A stretch of 64,000 bases of DNA from Octopus sinensis (Eukaryota): assembly GCF_006345805.1 (NCBI RefSeq), contig NC_043001.1:56234001-56298000 (forward strand). Reading direction: 5' to 3'. Below the pieces are notes generated by a model. That model was given only the letters and a program-made list of their open reading frames with translations, was not told where the DNA came from and made no database searches. This document shows, one piece after another, positions 1 to 12,760 of this stretch (positions are counted from its first letter, which is position 1; the number at the start of each line of letters is the position of its first letter). Position numbers and translations under genes: made by a program.

Positions 1-53
1 TATGTATGTATGTAGTATGTATGTATGTATGTATGTATGTATGTATGTATGTG

Positions 54-98
<45 letters not shown>

Positions 99-112
99 AT
101 ATTTATATATAT

Positions 113-300
113 TCCTTTTCCTGTTTCACAGTGGCCATTCTGGAGTGCCGCCTTGAAGAATTTTAGTAGAGCGAATCAAGAATCGACCCCAGCAATTACG
201 TTTTAAAGCCTGTTGAACTTTTTTGCTGAACTGTTGAGTTACAGGGACGTAAACACATCAACACCGGTTGTCAAGCGTTGGTGGGGGCAAACATAGACAC
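113..300 (-). mobile_element. SINE family A (tRNA-derived), 3' half
   Basis: Degenerate reverse complement of the family tail seen at 5720-5925 and 61250-61435 (AACACATCAACACCGGTTGTCAAGCG, GAATCGACCCCAG). Confidence 0.7.
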
Positions 301-2633
301 AAAGGCATACACACAATCAGACACAAAGACACAGATACACACAAACACATATTAGTCCAAGATTCTCTGTGGGTGAAAGGAAGATGTAAGCACATTCAGT
401 ATAGGCAACAAAAGTACTATTACATTAAAATAGCCGTCTGTTACTTAAAGTAACTACGTCGTTGACTGGTAAGTTACTGCGATATTTGACCAGAGATGGC
501 ATCTCTTATGAGCATGATATGTTTAATGATACTGCATATATCGGAACGAGACGAAAAGTAGACCCAGTAACGTGGATCACCTCCATAAAAGAATTTGTCT
601 CTGGAAGAATGCGGCAGTTACGTATACCTATTTTTATCCAGTCAGGTGGTTTTTTGCAATACCAGTGATTATTTTATTCGTCGTTTTGTATACCGTGCAT
701 GCAGCTGGCTTGCTGCCCGTACATGCCATTGGCAAAGCTCAACTAGACTGAAATATACATGGGATTCTCGTCAGCTGGGACGATATATATTGTGCTTTCA
801 GACAGCAGATTCATGGGATGTTATCTCCAGACAACTATTACGAGTAACTTGCCTGTAAACGGTTTATGATTCATAGATGGCTATTGAAAGCATGTTCTTT
901 CTATGTTACTGATCTGCGGAAGAAATAATGAGGCTCTCTTGAAGGGCCGTTCTACGTAACATATATAGTACTATTTTAATGAAAAGTAAATCGATGTGTG
1001 TGTGGGGTATCATTGTTATTAAGCACCAACCATTCAATGTCATTTTTTCATGATTTTTTTCTAAGGTTACGTAATTCAATGTGTATTTTTGTAGACGGTG
1101 GGATGCAGTTCAAGGGAAATTTACTTGCTATGCCAAGCAAGCTGAATGTCCGTGTAGCGGCTCCGCCGTTAACTCATAAGGGAGGTACATGTTACAGAAA
1201 ACCCTATAGGTGAACTGTAGTGGGAGTTTATGACTAAATAATATAGTAAGGTGAAGAAGAATAGTAGAATGTAAGGCACTTGAAGCAATGGATTGCAGAC
1301 GAATAAATTAGTTACGTGATTATGAAAATGGAATAATTATATTCGCATTTCTTACTAGAAATATAAGCTGTTGTACATCAGAAATAGTCACATTAAATAG
1401 TCATATGACATTTGTTGTTTAAAGGCATGTTGTATCTGCTATAACTGTTACTGTTGTTTATACCCAGCTCTGACTCTGTTCAAGTCCTTTTTTCTTGTAT
1501 AAATGCAATATGTAGAACAATAAAAGTGGAGATAGACAGAGTCACACTGTTGGGTAAGTTTTCTTTCGTTGCCTGGTCTATTCTTGTACACCAGTAAATT
1601 ATGACGGACGCCACTGCACATGCAGGCGAAATAGATTTAAATCAGAATACGGCGGCTGCCGTTGCCACGCACATATTATCGTGGGATGCTCGGCAGCCAG
1701 CCATTTCAAACTGATAGACGCAACGGTTTACTATTTAATTATTTATATCAATACGATACTAAGGAACTAAATTATGATTTCAGCCTGAGTGAACAACGAT
1801 CAGTCTAATAGGGGTAATGAGTTCATGTTTTCCAAGAAGAGACAGCATTCAAACGGCTCAAGCGTTTCAATTGATGATCCGATATAAACATATTTAGTGT
1901 CATTTGTTTTGGAATGAAAATCTATAATCATATTTACAAGTATTTATCATCTCTGCTACATACTGTGTAAATCAGCGTAAATAATTTAATATTCGGTTAT
2001 TTTAGAGATAATTAAAAAATGCTTAGGAACAAAGAAAGAAAATTAAATATGATATTCAAGTTCTAATGAACACGAATACAAAAACCGCACATCAGAGACT
2101 ATGTCGTGTTAAACGGGTTGTATTTGTTGTATGTTGTTTAACCCTAGGTCATCCCTGATTGATCAGACCTATGATTAAAGGAATTCCAACCGCGAGCATC
2201 CTGACTGATTAAAACTAAAATATTGCCTTAGACATATTTGAAAACTATGGCTAGGGCAATATTATCCAACATTTTCCTTCCGTCTTCAGGACGTTAGAAC
2301 AGCCGTTCTCAACCGGGGGCCAGTGGTCCTTGCGGGTCCATATAAGATTGTGTTGTTATAATCTATGTGCAATAAATGGCTTATACTTCTACAACACACA
2401 AAATATTACAACAATTTTTTATACAATACAATTCCTAATAATATTTAACCATAAGGATATATTATTTTTTAAATATCGAACGTTTATGAGGGTCCATCCA
2501 AATAAAACAGGAATCAAGGTGACCCGAGAAAGATTTCGTTGTTATTTGAAGTAGTTTGAAAAACCACGTAGAGGCTTCATCGCTGGTTCGTTTGAATTCT
2601 CATGTTGTAAGCCGTTCCATGTGGGGTATTCTT

Positions 2634-2832
2634 TTATTCTTTTACTTGTTTCAGTCATGCTAGAGCAGCACCTTGAAGGGTTTTAGTCGAACAAATCAAC
2701 CCCAGGACTGATTCTATAGGTCCCTTTTGCGGAACCACTAAGTTACGGAGACATAAACACACTAATTTCACTCACACCCCGGAGCCATGTGGTTAAGAAG
2801 CAAGCTTCTTGCCACACAGCCACGCCTGCACC
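2634..2832 (-). mobile_element. SINE family A, internally deleted copy
   Basis: Tail (CTTGTTTCAGTCATG...GTCGAACAAATCAACCCCAGGAC) joined directly to a head fragment (CCCGGAGCCATGTGGTT...CACACAGCCACGCCTG). Confidence 0.7.
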
Positions 2833-3098
2833 CATATGTGATGTCATCTAGCGTCTAATCTTTGATTTGCTATTTATAAGAAGGCAATAGATTTAGTAGG
2901 GGCTAATTTTAGTTGGCTTGAAATGAGGACCTTGATATAGTGTTAGAATATTTGTGCAGATCTTCAAGCAGAGTAGTATGGTAATTTAATTATATCATAT
3001 ACGTGTAAGTTTTTAATTAATAATATGCAAGTACATGATTTTTGAATGTGGGAGATTATCGCATAAATATAATGTAAAAAGAAGCAGTTGAAAATATA

Positions 3099-4497
3099 TC
3101 AGATTGAGTAAAAAGTAAGCAACTTTTTGAACCATGAAGAATTTGTACCGGATTTTTACAGAGTTTCGAATTCTTTTATACATATTTTTGCAATTGTCTG
3201 ATAATACAGATATAGACTTGTCCAAATGCATCAATAAATTAGCTTTGATATTTTTTTCACCGTTGTTACAATTATCTGAAATGGAACTGTCAAAGCGCGA
3301 TATTCGAGCAATTTTGCTATTCAACTTCAAAAACGGACGTAAAGCAGCTGAAACTGCTCGCGATATCAACGAAACGTTTGGTAAAGAAATGACCAGTGAG
3401 TGGTTAGCTCGAACAAGGTTTAAACGATTTCGCAGTGGAGACCTGAGCCTTGAAGATCGTGAGCGTAGTGGATGCCCATTTATCATGACAGTCAATTAAA
3501 GACCGACATTGAGAAAAATCCACGTAAAATCACACTAGAACTGGCAAAAGATCTTCAAGTTAGCCTGAATCCATTTGCAAGCAATCGGAAAAAAAAGAAG
3601 CTCGACAAATGGGTACCACACAATTTGAATGAAAATCAGAAAATGCGCAGATATAAAATTTGATCGTCGCTTCTCCTCCGTAACCAGACCGATCCATCTC
3701 TCGACCATATTGTAACTTGTGATGCAAAGTGGATTCTGTACAATAATAAAAAACCGTTCTTCGCAATGGTTGGACCAAAATGAAGCACTAAAACCCTTCC
3801 CTAAACCGAGCTCTTCAGAAAGAAGGTTATGGTGACTGTTTGGTGGTGTACTGCTGGACTCACTCACTATAACTTCTTAAAACCCGGAAAAAACCATTAC
3901 TGGAGAAACATTGCCTTGAAATTACCAAAATGAACGAAAAACTGTTACTCCTTCGTCCCAGACTGGTCAACAGGCTGACTATAAAGTAAACAACGTTTTG
4001 AAACATGAAATTCATCATAATATATTTCAACAATGTGGAAATTTTATTCATCAAAGTAAGTACCATTACAATCAACACATTTTTACCAACAAGTTTTGTT
4101 TATTACGGTAACATAAAAATCTGGAGCTGATGAACACTTTGATCAATGCTCGACCACGAGTTTCCCTAATGACGCTCTAGAAGTTGAGAGAACTTGGCTA
4201 CGAAGTTCTTCCCCACCCAGCTTATACCCCAGACCTTTCTCCTACCGACTACCACTTTTTCAAGCACCTTGATGGTTTCCTGCGAGAGAAGGAGTTCAAA
4301 ATTCAAACCGATGCTGTAAGTGAGATCAAAGAGTTCATTAGCTCCAGATTTTATGTTACCGTAATAAACAAAACTTGTTGGTAAAAATGTGTTGATTGTA
4401 ATGGTACTTACTTTGATGAATAAAATTTCCACATTGTTGAAATATATTGTGACGAATTTCATGTTTCAATACGTTGCTTACTTTTTAGGCAACCTGA
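3099..4497 (+). mobile_element. Mariner (DD34D) DNA transposon relic with both TIRs and TA target-site duplication
   Basis: 5' TIR TCAGATTGAGTAAAAAGTAAGCAAC (from 3099) is the near reverse complement of the 3' end GTTGCTTACTTTTTAGGCAACCTGA (to 4497). TA at 3097-3098 and 4498-4499. Length about 1.4 kb. Confidence 0.93.
3281..4423 (+). pseudogene. Mariner transposase pseudogene (frameshifts, stops, internal rearrangement)
   Basis: MELSKRDIRAILLFNFKNGRKAAETARDINETFG (HTH start), KWVPHNL, VTCDAKW, KVMVTVWW, then NARP...LGYEVLPHPAYTPDLSPTDYHFF. There are 34 residues between the lost second Asp position and the third Asp. Confidence 0.92.
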
Positions 4498-4564
4498 TAG
4501 ATCATTGTTATACTCTGTGCAACTTAGCTAACTTTGAGTGGCAGATTCGAAAAATGTTTTTTGC

Positions 4565-4900
4565 TGTTTCATGAGTTTTTGAATATTTTGTGAATAAGTG
4601 TATAGCAGAGAATAAATTGAAATGTTTTACTGATGTCGATGACAGTTAAGATGGCGTATCTAGGATGTTTTTGTTGTTGGAGCCGTCAAAAAGTCTTTGT
4701 GTAAGATTTGTAAGTGTATCGAGATATCGTTTGAATGCATGCTGCAAGTTGGAAAAACGAACATGTAAGCTGGTGTTGTCAAGATGAGTCTTTCTATAAT
4801 GTGTCAATACAACAATGATGAATAGGTTTGTGCAATGTAATTGGTATTTTTTCTTTCATGTAAAGAAACTGTTATTCTCTGAAATGCTTTTCTCATATTA
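4565..4900 (-). pseudogene. Highly degraded non-LTR reverse transcriptase fragment
   Basis: Minus-strand translation across frameshifts gives IERLIL...QHAFK...LTNLTQ.LFDG.NNK...ILTVIDISKTF, which resembles RT motifs 'ERLIL...Q.GFR...D.SKAFD'. Confidence 0.5.
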
Positions 4901-5198
4901 ATAATCCCAATTATCAGACTGGTGTCGTTGTTGCTTCATTCCAACTCTAATTGAATAACCGAAGATCAGAGCTGTTGTAACCGTAATCATCCATACTTCT
5001 GTTACGTCTACACCATCAAGTGAATTCCCTGCCCACTTTGAAAGACTATTCAATTTGAGAGAGATAGCCTTCTATTTCTAACAGGCAAGTGACTAAATAG
5101 GAGCACTTAGACTCATTAGCTCGCGATTGCACATGTACACTCATGAAGTGGACATTTCAGTGCCCTCGTCCTCTGAGGTCAAACATTCATATGCACAT

Positions 5199-5361
5199 AG
5201 GCGCAGGAGTGGTTGTGTAGTAAGTAGCTAGCTTACCAACCACATGGTCCCGGGTTCAGTCCCACTGCGTGACACTTTGGGTAAGTGCCTTCTACTAAAA
5301 CCTCGGGCGAACCAAAGCTCTGTGAGTGGGTTGGGTAGACGGAAACTGAAAGAAGCCTGTC

Positions 5362-5439
<78 letters not shown>

Positions 5440-5654
5440 CTTATAAACAAGGGCAAAAGAAAATTATTTCTATGCCAATATCCTGATAACAGACTTTTAA
5501 ATCGTCAATTTTCACATATTATATACTCACTACAGAATACGTTGTACTGAAAGTTGTTTATAATTTTAATTTTAACCTTTAAAGATATTTTGATATGCAT
5601 CCACTTTTTGATGAAATTTTTTCTGTAAAAAACTTCATCCTATATTAATAATAG

Positions 5655-5688
<34 letters not shown>

Positions 5689-5925
5689 TGTATGTATGTA
5701 TGTATGTATGTATGTATTTGTATTCTGTGTTTGTCCCCCACCAACGCTTGAAACCGATGTTGGTGTGTTTACGTCACCGCAACAGAGTGGTTCGGCGAAA
5801 GAAACCGATAGAATAACTACTAAGCTTACAAAGAATAAGTCCTGGGGTTGATTTGTTCGACAAAAGGCGGTGCTCCAGCATGGCCTCAGTCAAATGACTG
5901 AAACAAGTAAAATAATAAAAGAATA
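5199..5925 (+). mobile_element. SINE family A: head (5199-5362) and tail (5720-5925) separated by expanded microsatellites and ~220 bp of extra sequence
   Basis: GGCGCAGGAGTGGTTGTGTAGTAAG (A-box-like) and GGGTTCAGTCCC (B-box-like). Tail ends GGCGGTGCTCCAGCATGGCCTCAGTCAAATGACTGAAACAAGTAAAATAATAAAAGAAT. Confidence 0.85.
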
Positions 5926-6424
5926 TGTGCACACATAATTACACATATACAATCAGACACACGTACATACACATCCTAGTATTGTGCCAGTTTTATTAAA
6001 AACATTCCCTAAACGAAGTTTTGTTCTCTCAGACTTCTACAGGTAATTCTCGGGGTTGTGTAAAATTGGCATTAAATAGCATATGCTTTGATGAGCAATT
6101 GTACCTTCAGTTTACGAGCTAGCGACGACATGGTGCGATTTGAGGGAGATTTGGTTGATAGATAGAGCAGTCAAATTTCTCTCAAATCATACCTGCCTTC
6201 TTATAGCAAACGTTTGCCAATGTAGTAAGTTCTTTTCCTGATAAAAAGAAACAAAGCAAATATATATATATATATATATATATATGGGGACATGCCTTTT
6301 GATTATAACTCTATAGATCCAAACAGACCTGGGGTTAAACATCAGCGATTATCAGTTAATATCAAGCTTGAACACATTATAAAAAAGATATTGATAAATA
6401 CTGTCACTATCTTTGACTCTTTGC

Positions 6425-6620
6425 CACATCCATCATCTACACCGTTGTCATCGCTAGCATCAACATCATCATCATCATCGTCGTAGTCGTTATAATCATC
6501 ATCATCATCATCATCATCGTCGTAGACGTTATCATCATCATCAACATCATCATCATCATCATCATCGCCATCGTCACTATCGTCGTCGTCGTCATCATTA
6601 TAATCATTATCATCCTTGAC
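6425..6620. repeat. (CAT/CGT)n low-complexity tract
   Basis: Direct reading of the sequence. Confidence 0.9.
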
Positions 6621-7275
6621 ATCTCTTCATTTTTCTTTAATTACCAAATTATCATATAGATTTTTCTGACGGTGGGAGGTGTGGTGAGGCTAACATCATC
6701 ACCATCGTGATTAATATAAAAACACACAATCACTCAACTTCATTCAATTCACATCTGAACTGAACTGCCGAGCAAGAAATGCTCTTGTCATCAGCAATTT
6801 TCTTCTCTGTCGGTGCTCAAAGTCCAATACAAGTTAGGTTCTTGTTCATAATTATCAGAGATAACGATAATGTGCTCAGATTATGTCAAGCTAGCTTTCA
6901 GGTGTCTATATCAACCGCGTCCCAAGCGCTTGCGTCAATCCATATATTGCAAATGTAATATTTAAATGGCTATAAAATATTGCAATGCTTTTGGTGTAGT
7001 TTACGCTCGAATACATTCTAATAAATTGACTGTAACCGTAGTACTTTTGTTCCATTTATTTCTGACATCAAGGATGAAAAATCCACTATGTAATGTATAT
7101 AGGTATGTATGCATGCATATATGTATGTATGTATGTATGTAGTATGTATGTATGTATGTATGTATGTATGTATGTATGTATGTATGTATGTAGTATGTGT
7201 CTCTGTACATGCATACATACATGTATGTATGTGTCTCTGTCACAGTCTATGTACCACATCTATCTCTCTCTCTCT

Positions 7276-7333
<58 letters not shown>

Positions 7334-7336
7334 CCA

Positions 7337-7720
7337 TAGGCGCAGGCGTATTTGTGTGGTAAGAAGCTTGCTTCTCAACTACATGGTTTCGTGTTCAGTA
7401 CCACTGCGTGACAACTTGTGCAAATATCTTCTTTTCTAATCTCGGGCCGGTCAAAGACTTGTTAGTAGATTTAGTAAATGGAAACTGAAAGAAAATCGTC
7501 GCATACATAAATATATGTATATGTTTGTGTGTCTGTGCTTATCCCTCAGCATCGCTTGACACCGATGTTGGTGTATTTAGGTCCCCGTAACTTAGCGATT
7601 CGGCAAAATACACCGATATAGTTCTAGGTTTACAAAAAAATAAGTCTCGGGGTCAATTTGTTCGACTAAAGGCTGTGCTCCAGCATGGCCCCAATCAAAT
7701 GACTGAAACTAGTAAAATAA
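7337..7720 (+). mobile_element. SINE family A, full-length degenerate copy
   Basis: Head, short internal microsatellite and tail are collinear with the other copies. Confidence 0.85.
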
Positions 7721-7732
7721 TCTATCTATATT

Positions 7733-7779
<47 letters not shown>

Positions 7780-7949
7780 GTGTGTGTGTGTGTGTAATAC
7801 TTTTCATAGAGTGTGATGTAGAAAATTAGTGACCGCCATGATTACAGTGGGAGAAAACAAGAAGCGGGCTCGATGGCTCGCATCACTGTGGCGTGTCTAT
7901 GCCCATAACCCTCTCTGACTTTTAAAATTTTGTATCGTGATATGCATTG

Positions 7950-8715
7950 TATAAATTAGGTAATAATTAGATCTCTACAGTTTGGCTCACAGATTTTTAA
8001 ATTATTTTTTTTAACTAAACAGTTTGAATCTTCGTATACTGGTGTAATTTCTCACGCTGAACAATGTTTACTTTCAACATTTATTTCGTATTAAAGCTGT
8101 CATTTTTGGGTAATTTTAACCAGTCAACGACGTGTATTCAACTGAAGAAGATCTACTGCTTATTGTCTTACCAATCGAAGAGCAACAACTTCCGGGTCAT
8201 TTCTACGAAAAGCAAAAAAACAAAAACAAAACAAGGAAAAACAAAAAGTACAAAACAAAAAACAAGCCGTGTATTATGCAAAACAGGCAGTAAACAAAAA
8301 TAAAACAGAACAGAGTGGTGAAAATAATCACGGGCAGTAAGTAAAAATATCCACGCGTAAGCCAAAGAACACAACTAAGCTACAGAACACACCGAATAAT
8401 CCACACCTAGTTGAAAAATACATTTAGTAGAGATGACCCGGAAGTTGTTGCTCTTCGATTGCTATCGCAAACAGCAGTAGGTTTCATCAGCTGAATACAC
8501 GTCGTTGATTGGTTAAAATTACCCAAATACGACAACTTTAACATGAAATAGCTTCTTAACTTTGAAATTTTGCCAAAAACGTTGGAAGTAAAGCGTGTTC
8601 CAGCGCGAGAAATTATATTAGTATACGAAACTTCAAATTGTATAGTTAAAAAAAAAAAAAAGATTTTAAAAATCTGTAAGCCAAACTGAAGAGAACCTAA
8701 TAATTTCCTATGGGC
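7950..8715. repeat. Diverged inverted repeat (fold-back), arms ~7950-8200 and ~8430-8715
   Basis: CGAAGAGCAACAACTTCCGGGTCAT (left) vs ATGACCCGGAAGTTGTTGCTCTTCG (right); CAGTTTGGCTCACAGATTTTTAAA vs TTTTAAAAATCTGTAAGCCAAACTG. Confidence 0.85.
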
Positions 8716-9621
8716 TAGTTATTGTTTCACTCTATTTACAACGATGAGAATGACAGAGAAATGGCTTTGCAGTTGAGAGAACGAACAGAGCGTGGCTTTC
8801 AGCTCTTTCGACGTTGTTTATATATTTCGCACGGCATACATACGTACACGCGCACTCACCCCACCACCACCACCACCACCACCACCACACAGAGTCACAA
8901 ATATATATTGGATTTGTTTCTAACAAATTCCTTTCATTTGGCATCGTTTAAACATACTTTATAGAATTCACCCATGTTGCTGCGCTGTGGGATCGAATCC
9001 GAAACCATTTGGGTACGAAGTGAATTTCTTAGCCATTATTAATTGCATCACTTAACAATAAACGACCAAGTTCCTTGAACTCCAAGCAGGTACGACAAGT
9101 TGAATAAGTTCATTGCTGGAGGCATCATTTCCTTCTAATTGATGATGACTCTAATGTATTGTAATGTTGTATAGAATACATAATACGTAATGCTGTGTGG
9201 AATAAACTTGTTGAAATAAACCAGTGTCTTATGTAGCAGACTAGATTTATTCAAATAACTTGATACAACAGAAATCCGAGATAATTGCCAACTTCTATGT
9301 ATGCTTAGGAATTATAAAAGTATTAGCTAATGACACGACTATCAAGACTGATTGGCATTGACATGATTGTGTGGTAAACATTTTCGATTCTTATCCAAAT
9401 ATTTCCAGGTTCGATATCAGTGCATGATATGGTAAGAGCAAGTCTCTTCAACTACAGTTATTTGAGTGAAGTGTGGTTGATAGAAAATGTCCAGGAGCCA
9501 GTTCTTTTGTTTCGATTATTAGGCATTTTTTTTTCTGGCCTCAGCAATCAAACTACAAACCTGCTGGGGTACCACTTTCAAGAGTCCAGTCGATAATATC
9601 GTTCCAAGAACGTGTATTAGT

Positions 9622-9702
<81 letters not shown>

Positions 9703-9820
9703 ATATATATATATATATATATAAATATATATATATGTGTATATATATATATATATATATGTGTGTGTATATATATATATATAATATATATATATATGTG
9801 TGTGTATATATATATATAAT

Positions 9821-9856
<36 letters not shown>

Positions 9857-9869
9857 ATAAATATATATA

Positions 9870-9901
<32 letters not shown>

Positions 9902-10038
9902 ATGATATGTAAAAAAATACAAACTGTGACAAGAACGCATAACACTTAGAAGACGATACAACAAACACATACAGGACATTCGAAGCCCTCAGTCTTCAGT
10001 CAAGAACCGGATCATCGTAGTAATTTCGGCTGATTAAT

Positions 10039-10098
<60 letters not shown>

Positions 10099-10289
10099 AA
10101 TATATATATATATGTATATATATTATATATATATATAGATATATATATATATGTATATATAATATATATATATATATACATATATATATGTGTATATATA
10201 TATATATATATAATATATATATGTGTATTATATATATATATATTATATATATATATATATATACATATATATATGTATATATATATGTA

Positions 10290-11170
10290 TTTAATGCAGG
10301 TAAGTTCCAGGCCCTGCGTTACTGGCACACAAAGGTAAATGACGTGAAGACTGGATACACTGGCCCAGGAAGAATTGCAATCGCTGAGTCAAAATCAGTG
10401 CGTGACCTGGGCATTGACATGAGCAATGATGCATCTTTCCAAATGCATATTGCTAATCTGGTGATAAAATGCAGACGGCTAGCTGGATGGATTCTCCGAA
10501 CTTTCAGAACAAGAGAGAAGGAGACACTGATGGTCCTATGGAAAACATTTGTCCTCAGCCGCTTGGACTACTGCTCCCAACTTGGTCACCACACAATATA
10601 AAACAAACAGCAGAACTCGAAGCAACTCAGAGAAGCTACACAAAGAAAATCGTCTCAATGCAAAATGTCAGCTACTGGGAAAGACTGAAGGTATTAAACC
10701 TCTTCTCCCTGGAGCGGAGGCGGGAGAGATATGCAGTGGTATACATCTGGAAAATCCTGGAGGGTCTTGTCCCAAACTTTGGCATTCAAAGTTACTCCAG
10801 CCGCAGAACGGGGCGCTGCTGCGTGGTGCCAAGGATTCCAACATCACCATCAAAATACAGGTCCAGATACTGCAACAGCTTGGGTTTCAGAGGACCACAG
10901 CTCTTTAACATCCTCCCTAAATGCCTGAGAGACTTACATGGTGTGGATGTGGGTTTCTTTAAAACTAAACTGGATCTCTTCTTGTTGGGAGTCCCAGATG
11001 AACCTACCTCACGACAGGTGACACGGATGCGGGCAGCAGCATCGAACTCCCTTGTTGATCAAGTGCCACGTATCAGAGGTGGATTCACAAACTAGTGTAG
11101 CTCATTCAGCGGTGGTGCCCCAGCATGCCCGCGGCCTTCGGGCTAAAACATTTTTAAGGATTTAAGGATT
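10290..11170 (+). mobile_element. 5'-truncated CR1/L2-group LINE: end of RT, C-terminal region, 3' UTR and tandem tail
   Basis: [11 protein letters not shown]...[11 protein letters not shown]...[16 protein letters not shown](frameshift ~10581)[17 protein letters not shown]...SYWERLKVLNLFSLERRRERY, stop at 11095, then a short UTR and (TTTAAGGA)2 tail. Both ends lie in (TA)n. Confidence 0.92.
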
Positions 11171-11791
11171 TGTTTATATATATATACATATATATATGTG
11201 TATTATATATACATATATATATATACATATATATGTGTATATATATATATATACTATATATATATATATATATATGTGTATATATATATACATATATATA
11301 TATATATGTGTATATATATATACATATATATATATATATGTGTATATATTATATACATATATATATATATATGTGTATATATATATACATAATATATATA
11401 CATATATATATGTATACTATATATATATATATGTGTATATATGTATACATATATATATATACATATATATATGTATACATATATATATGTGTATATATAT
11501 ATAATACATATATATATATGTGTATATATATATATACTATATATATATGTGTATATATATATATACATATATATATATACATATATATACATATATATAT
11601 ACATATATATATATACATATATATACATATATATATACATATATATATACATATATATATACAATATATATACATATATATATACATATATACATATATA
11701 TATATATATACATTATATATTATATATACATATATATATATATATATACATATATATATTATATATATACACATATATATATTATATACAC

Positions 11792-11822
<31 letters not shown>

Positions 11823-12046
11823 CATATATATATATACATATATATATATATACATATATATATATACATATATATATATATACAATATATATATATATCA
11901 TATATATATATATATATCTATACATATTATATATATACATATATATATATATACTATATATATATACAATATATATATATATACATATATAATATATACA
12001 TAATATATATATATCTAATATATATATATTACATATATATATATAC

Positions 12047-12101
<55 letters not shown>

Positions 12102-12149
12102 CTATATATATATACATATATATATATATACATATATATATATATTACA

Positions 12150-12181
<32 letters not shown>

Positions 12182-12237
12182 CATATATATATATACATAT
12201 ATATATACATATATATATACATATATATATTACATAT

Positions 12238-12279
<42 letters not shown>

Positions 12280-12280
12280 C

Positions 12281-12314
<34 letters not shown>

Positions 12315-12316
12315 TA

Positions 12317-12347
<31 letters not shown>

Positions 12348-12687
12348 TATACATTATATATATATATATATATATATGTATATGTATATATATATAAGGA
12401 TCCATATGAGGATCTTATCGATCCTTATACAGATAAACACTAGCCTATGGTATATATAGGTGCACAACATTAAAAACAAATCCAACAGAAGGTATCACAC
12501 ACATACACGCATATATGAATGCGTTTATATATATATATATATACATACGCACACATACGTATATATACATATGCATATATATACACAAACATATATATCC
12601 ATATATATACATATACATATACACATAAAATATATACATATATATATGCATATATATATATACATACATATATGTATATACATACAT

Positions 12688-12737
<50 letters not shown>

Positions 12738-12760
12738 GCACATTCACACACACACATATA
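11170..12760. repeat. ~1.6-kb imperfect (TA)n/(TATACA)n microsatellite
   Basis: Direct reading. It is the source of the Ile-Tyr ORFs in the track. Confidence 0.97.

Noticed and set aside
460-1260. Short ORFs in the repeat-poor block at the window start
   Set aside because: No recognisable motif in any frame.
5199-5275. tRNA genes at SINE heads
   Set aside because: A/B-box-like motifs are present, but there is no complete cloverleaf and the sequence continues into SINE body. They are SINEs, not tRNA genes.
6033-6042. Micro-exon (TCTCTCAG|ACTTCTACAG|GTAATT), and similar donor-like sites near 1555, 14460 and 51440
   Set aside because: Such short splice-like matches are expected by chance in 64 kb, and nothing links them.
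11170-12275. Long ORFs of up to 277 aa (IYIYIY...), and similar ORFs at 9.5-10.3, 12.4-12.8, 40.1-40.4 and 49.1-49.9 kb
   Set aside because: They are translations of (TA)n/(TACA)n/(CA)n microsatellites that lack stops by composition.
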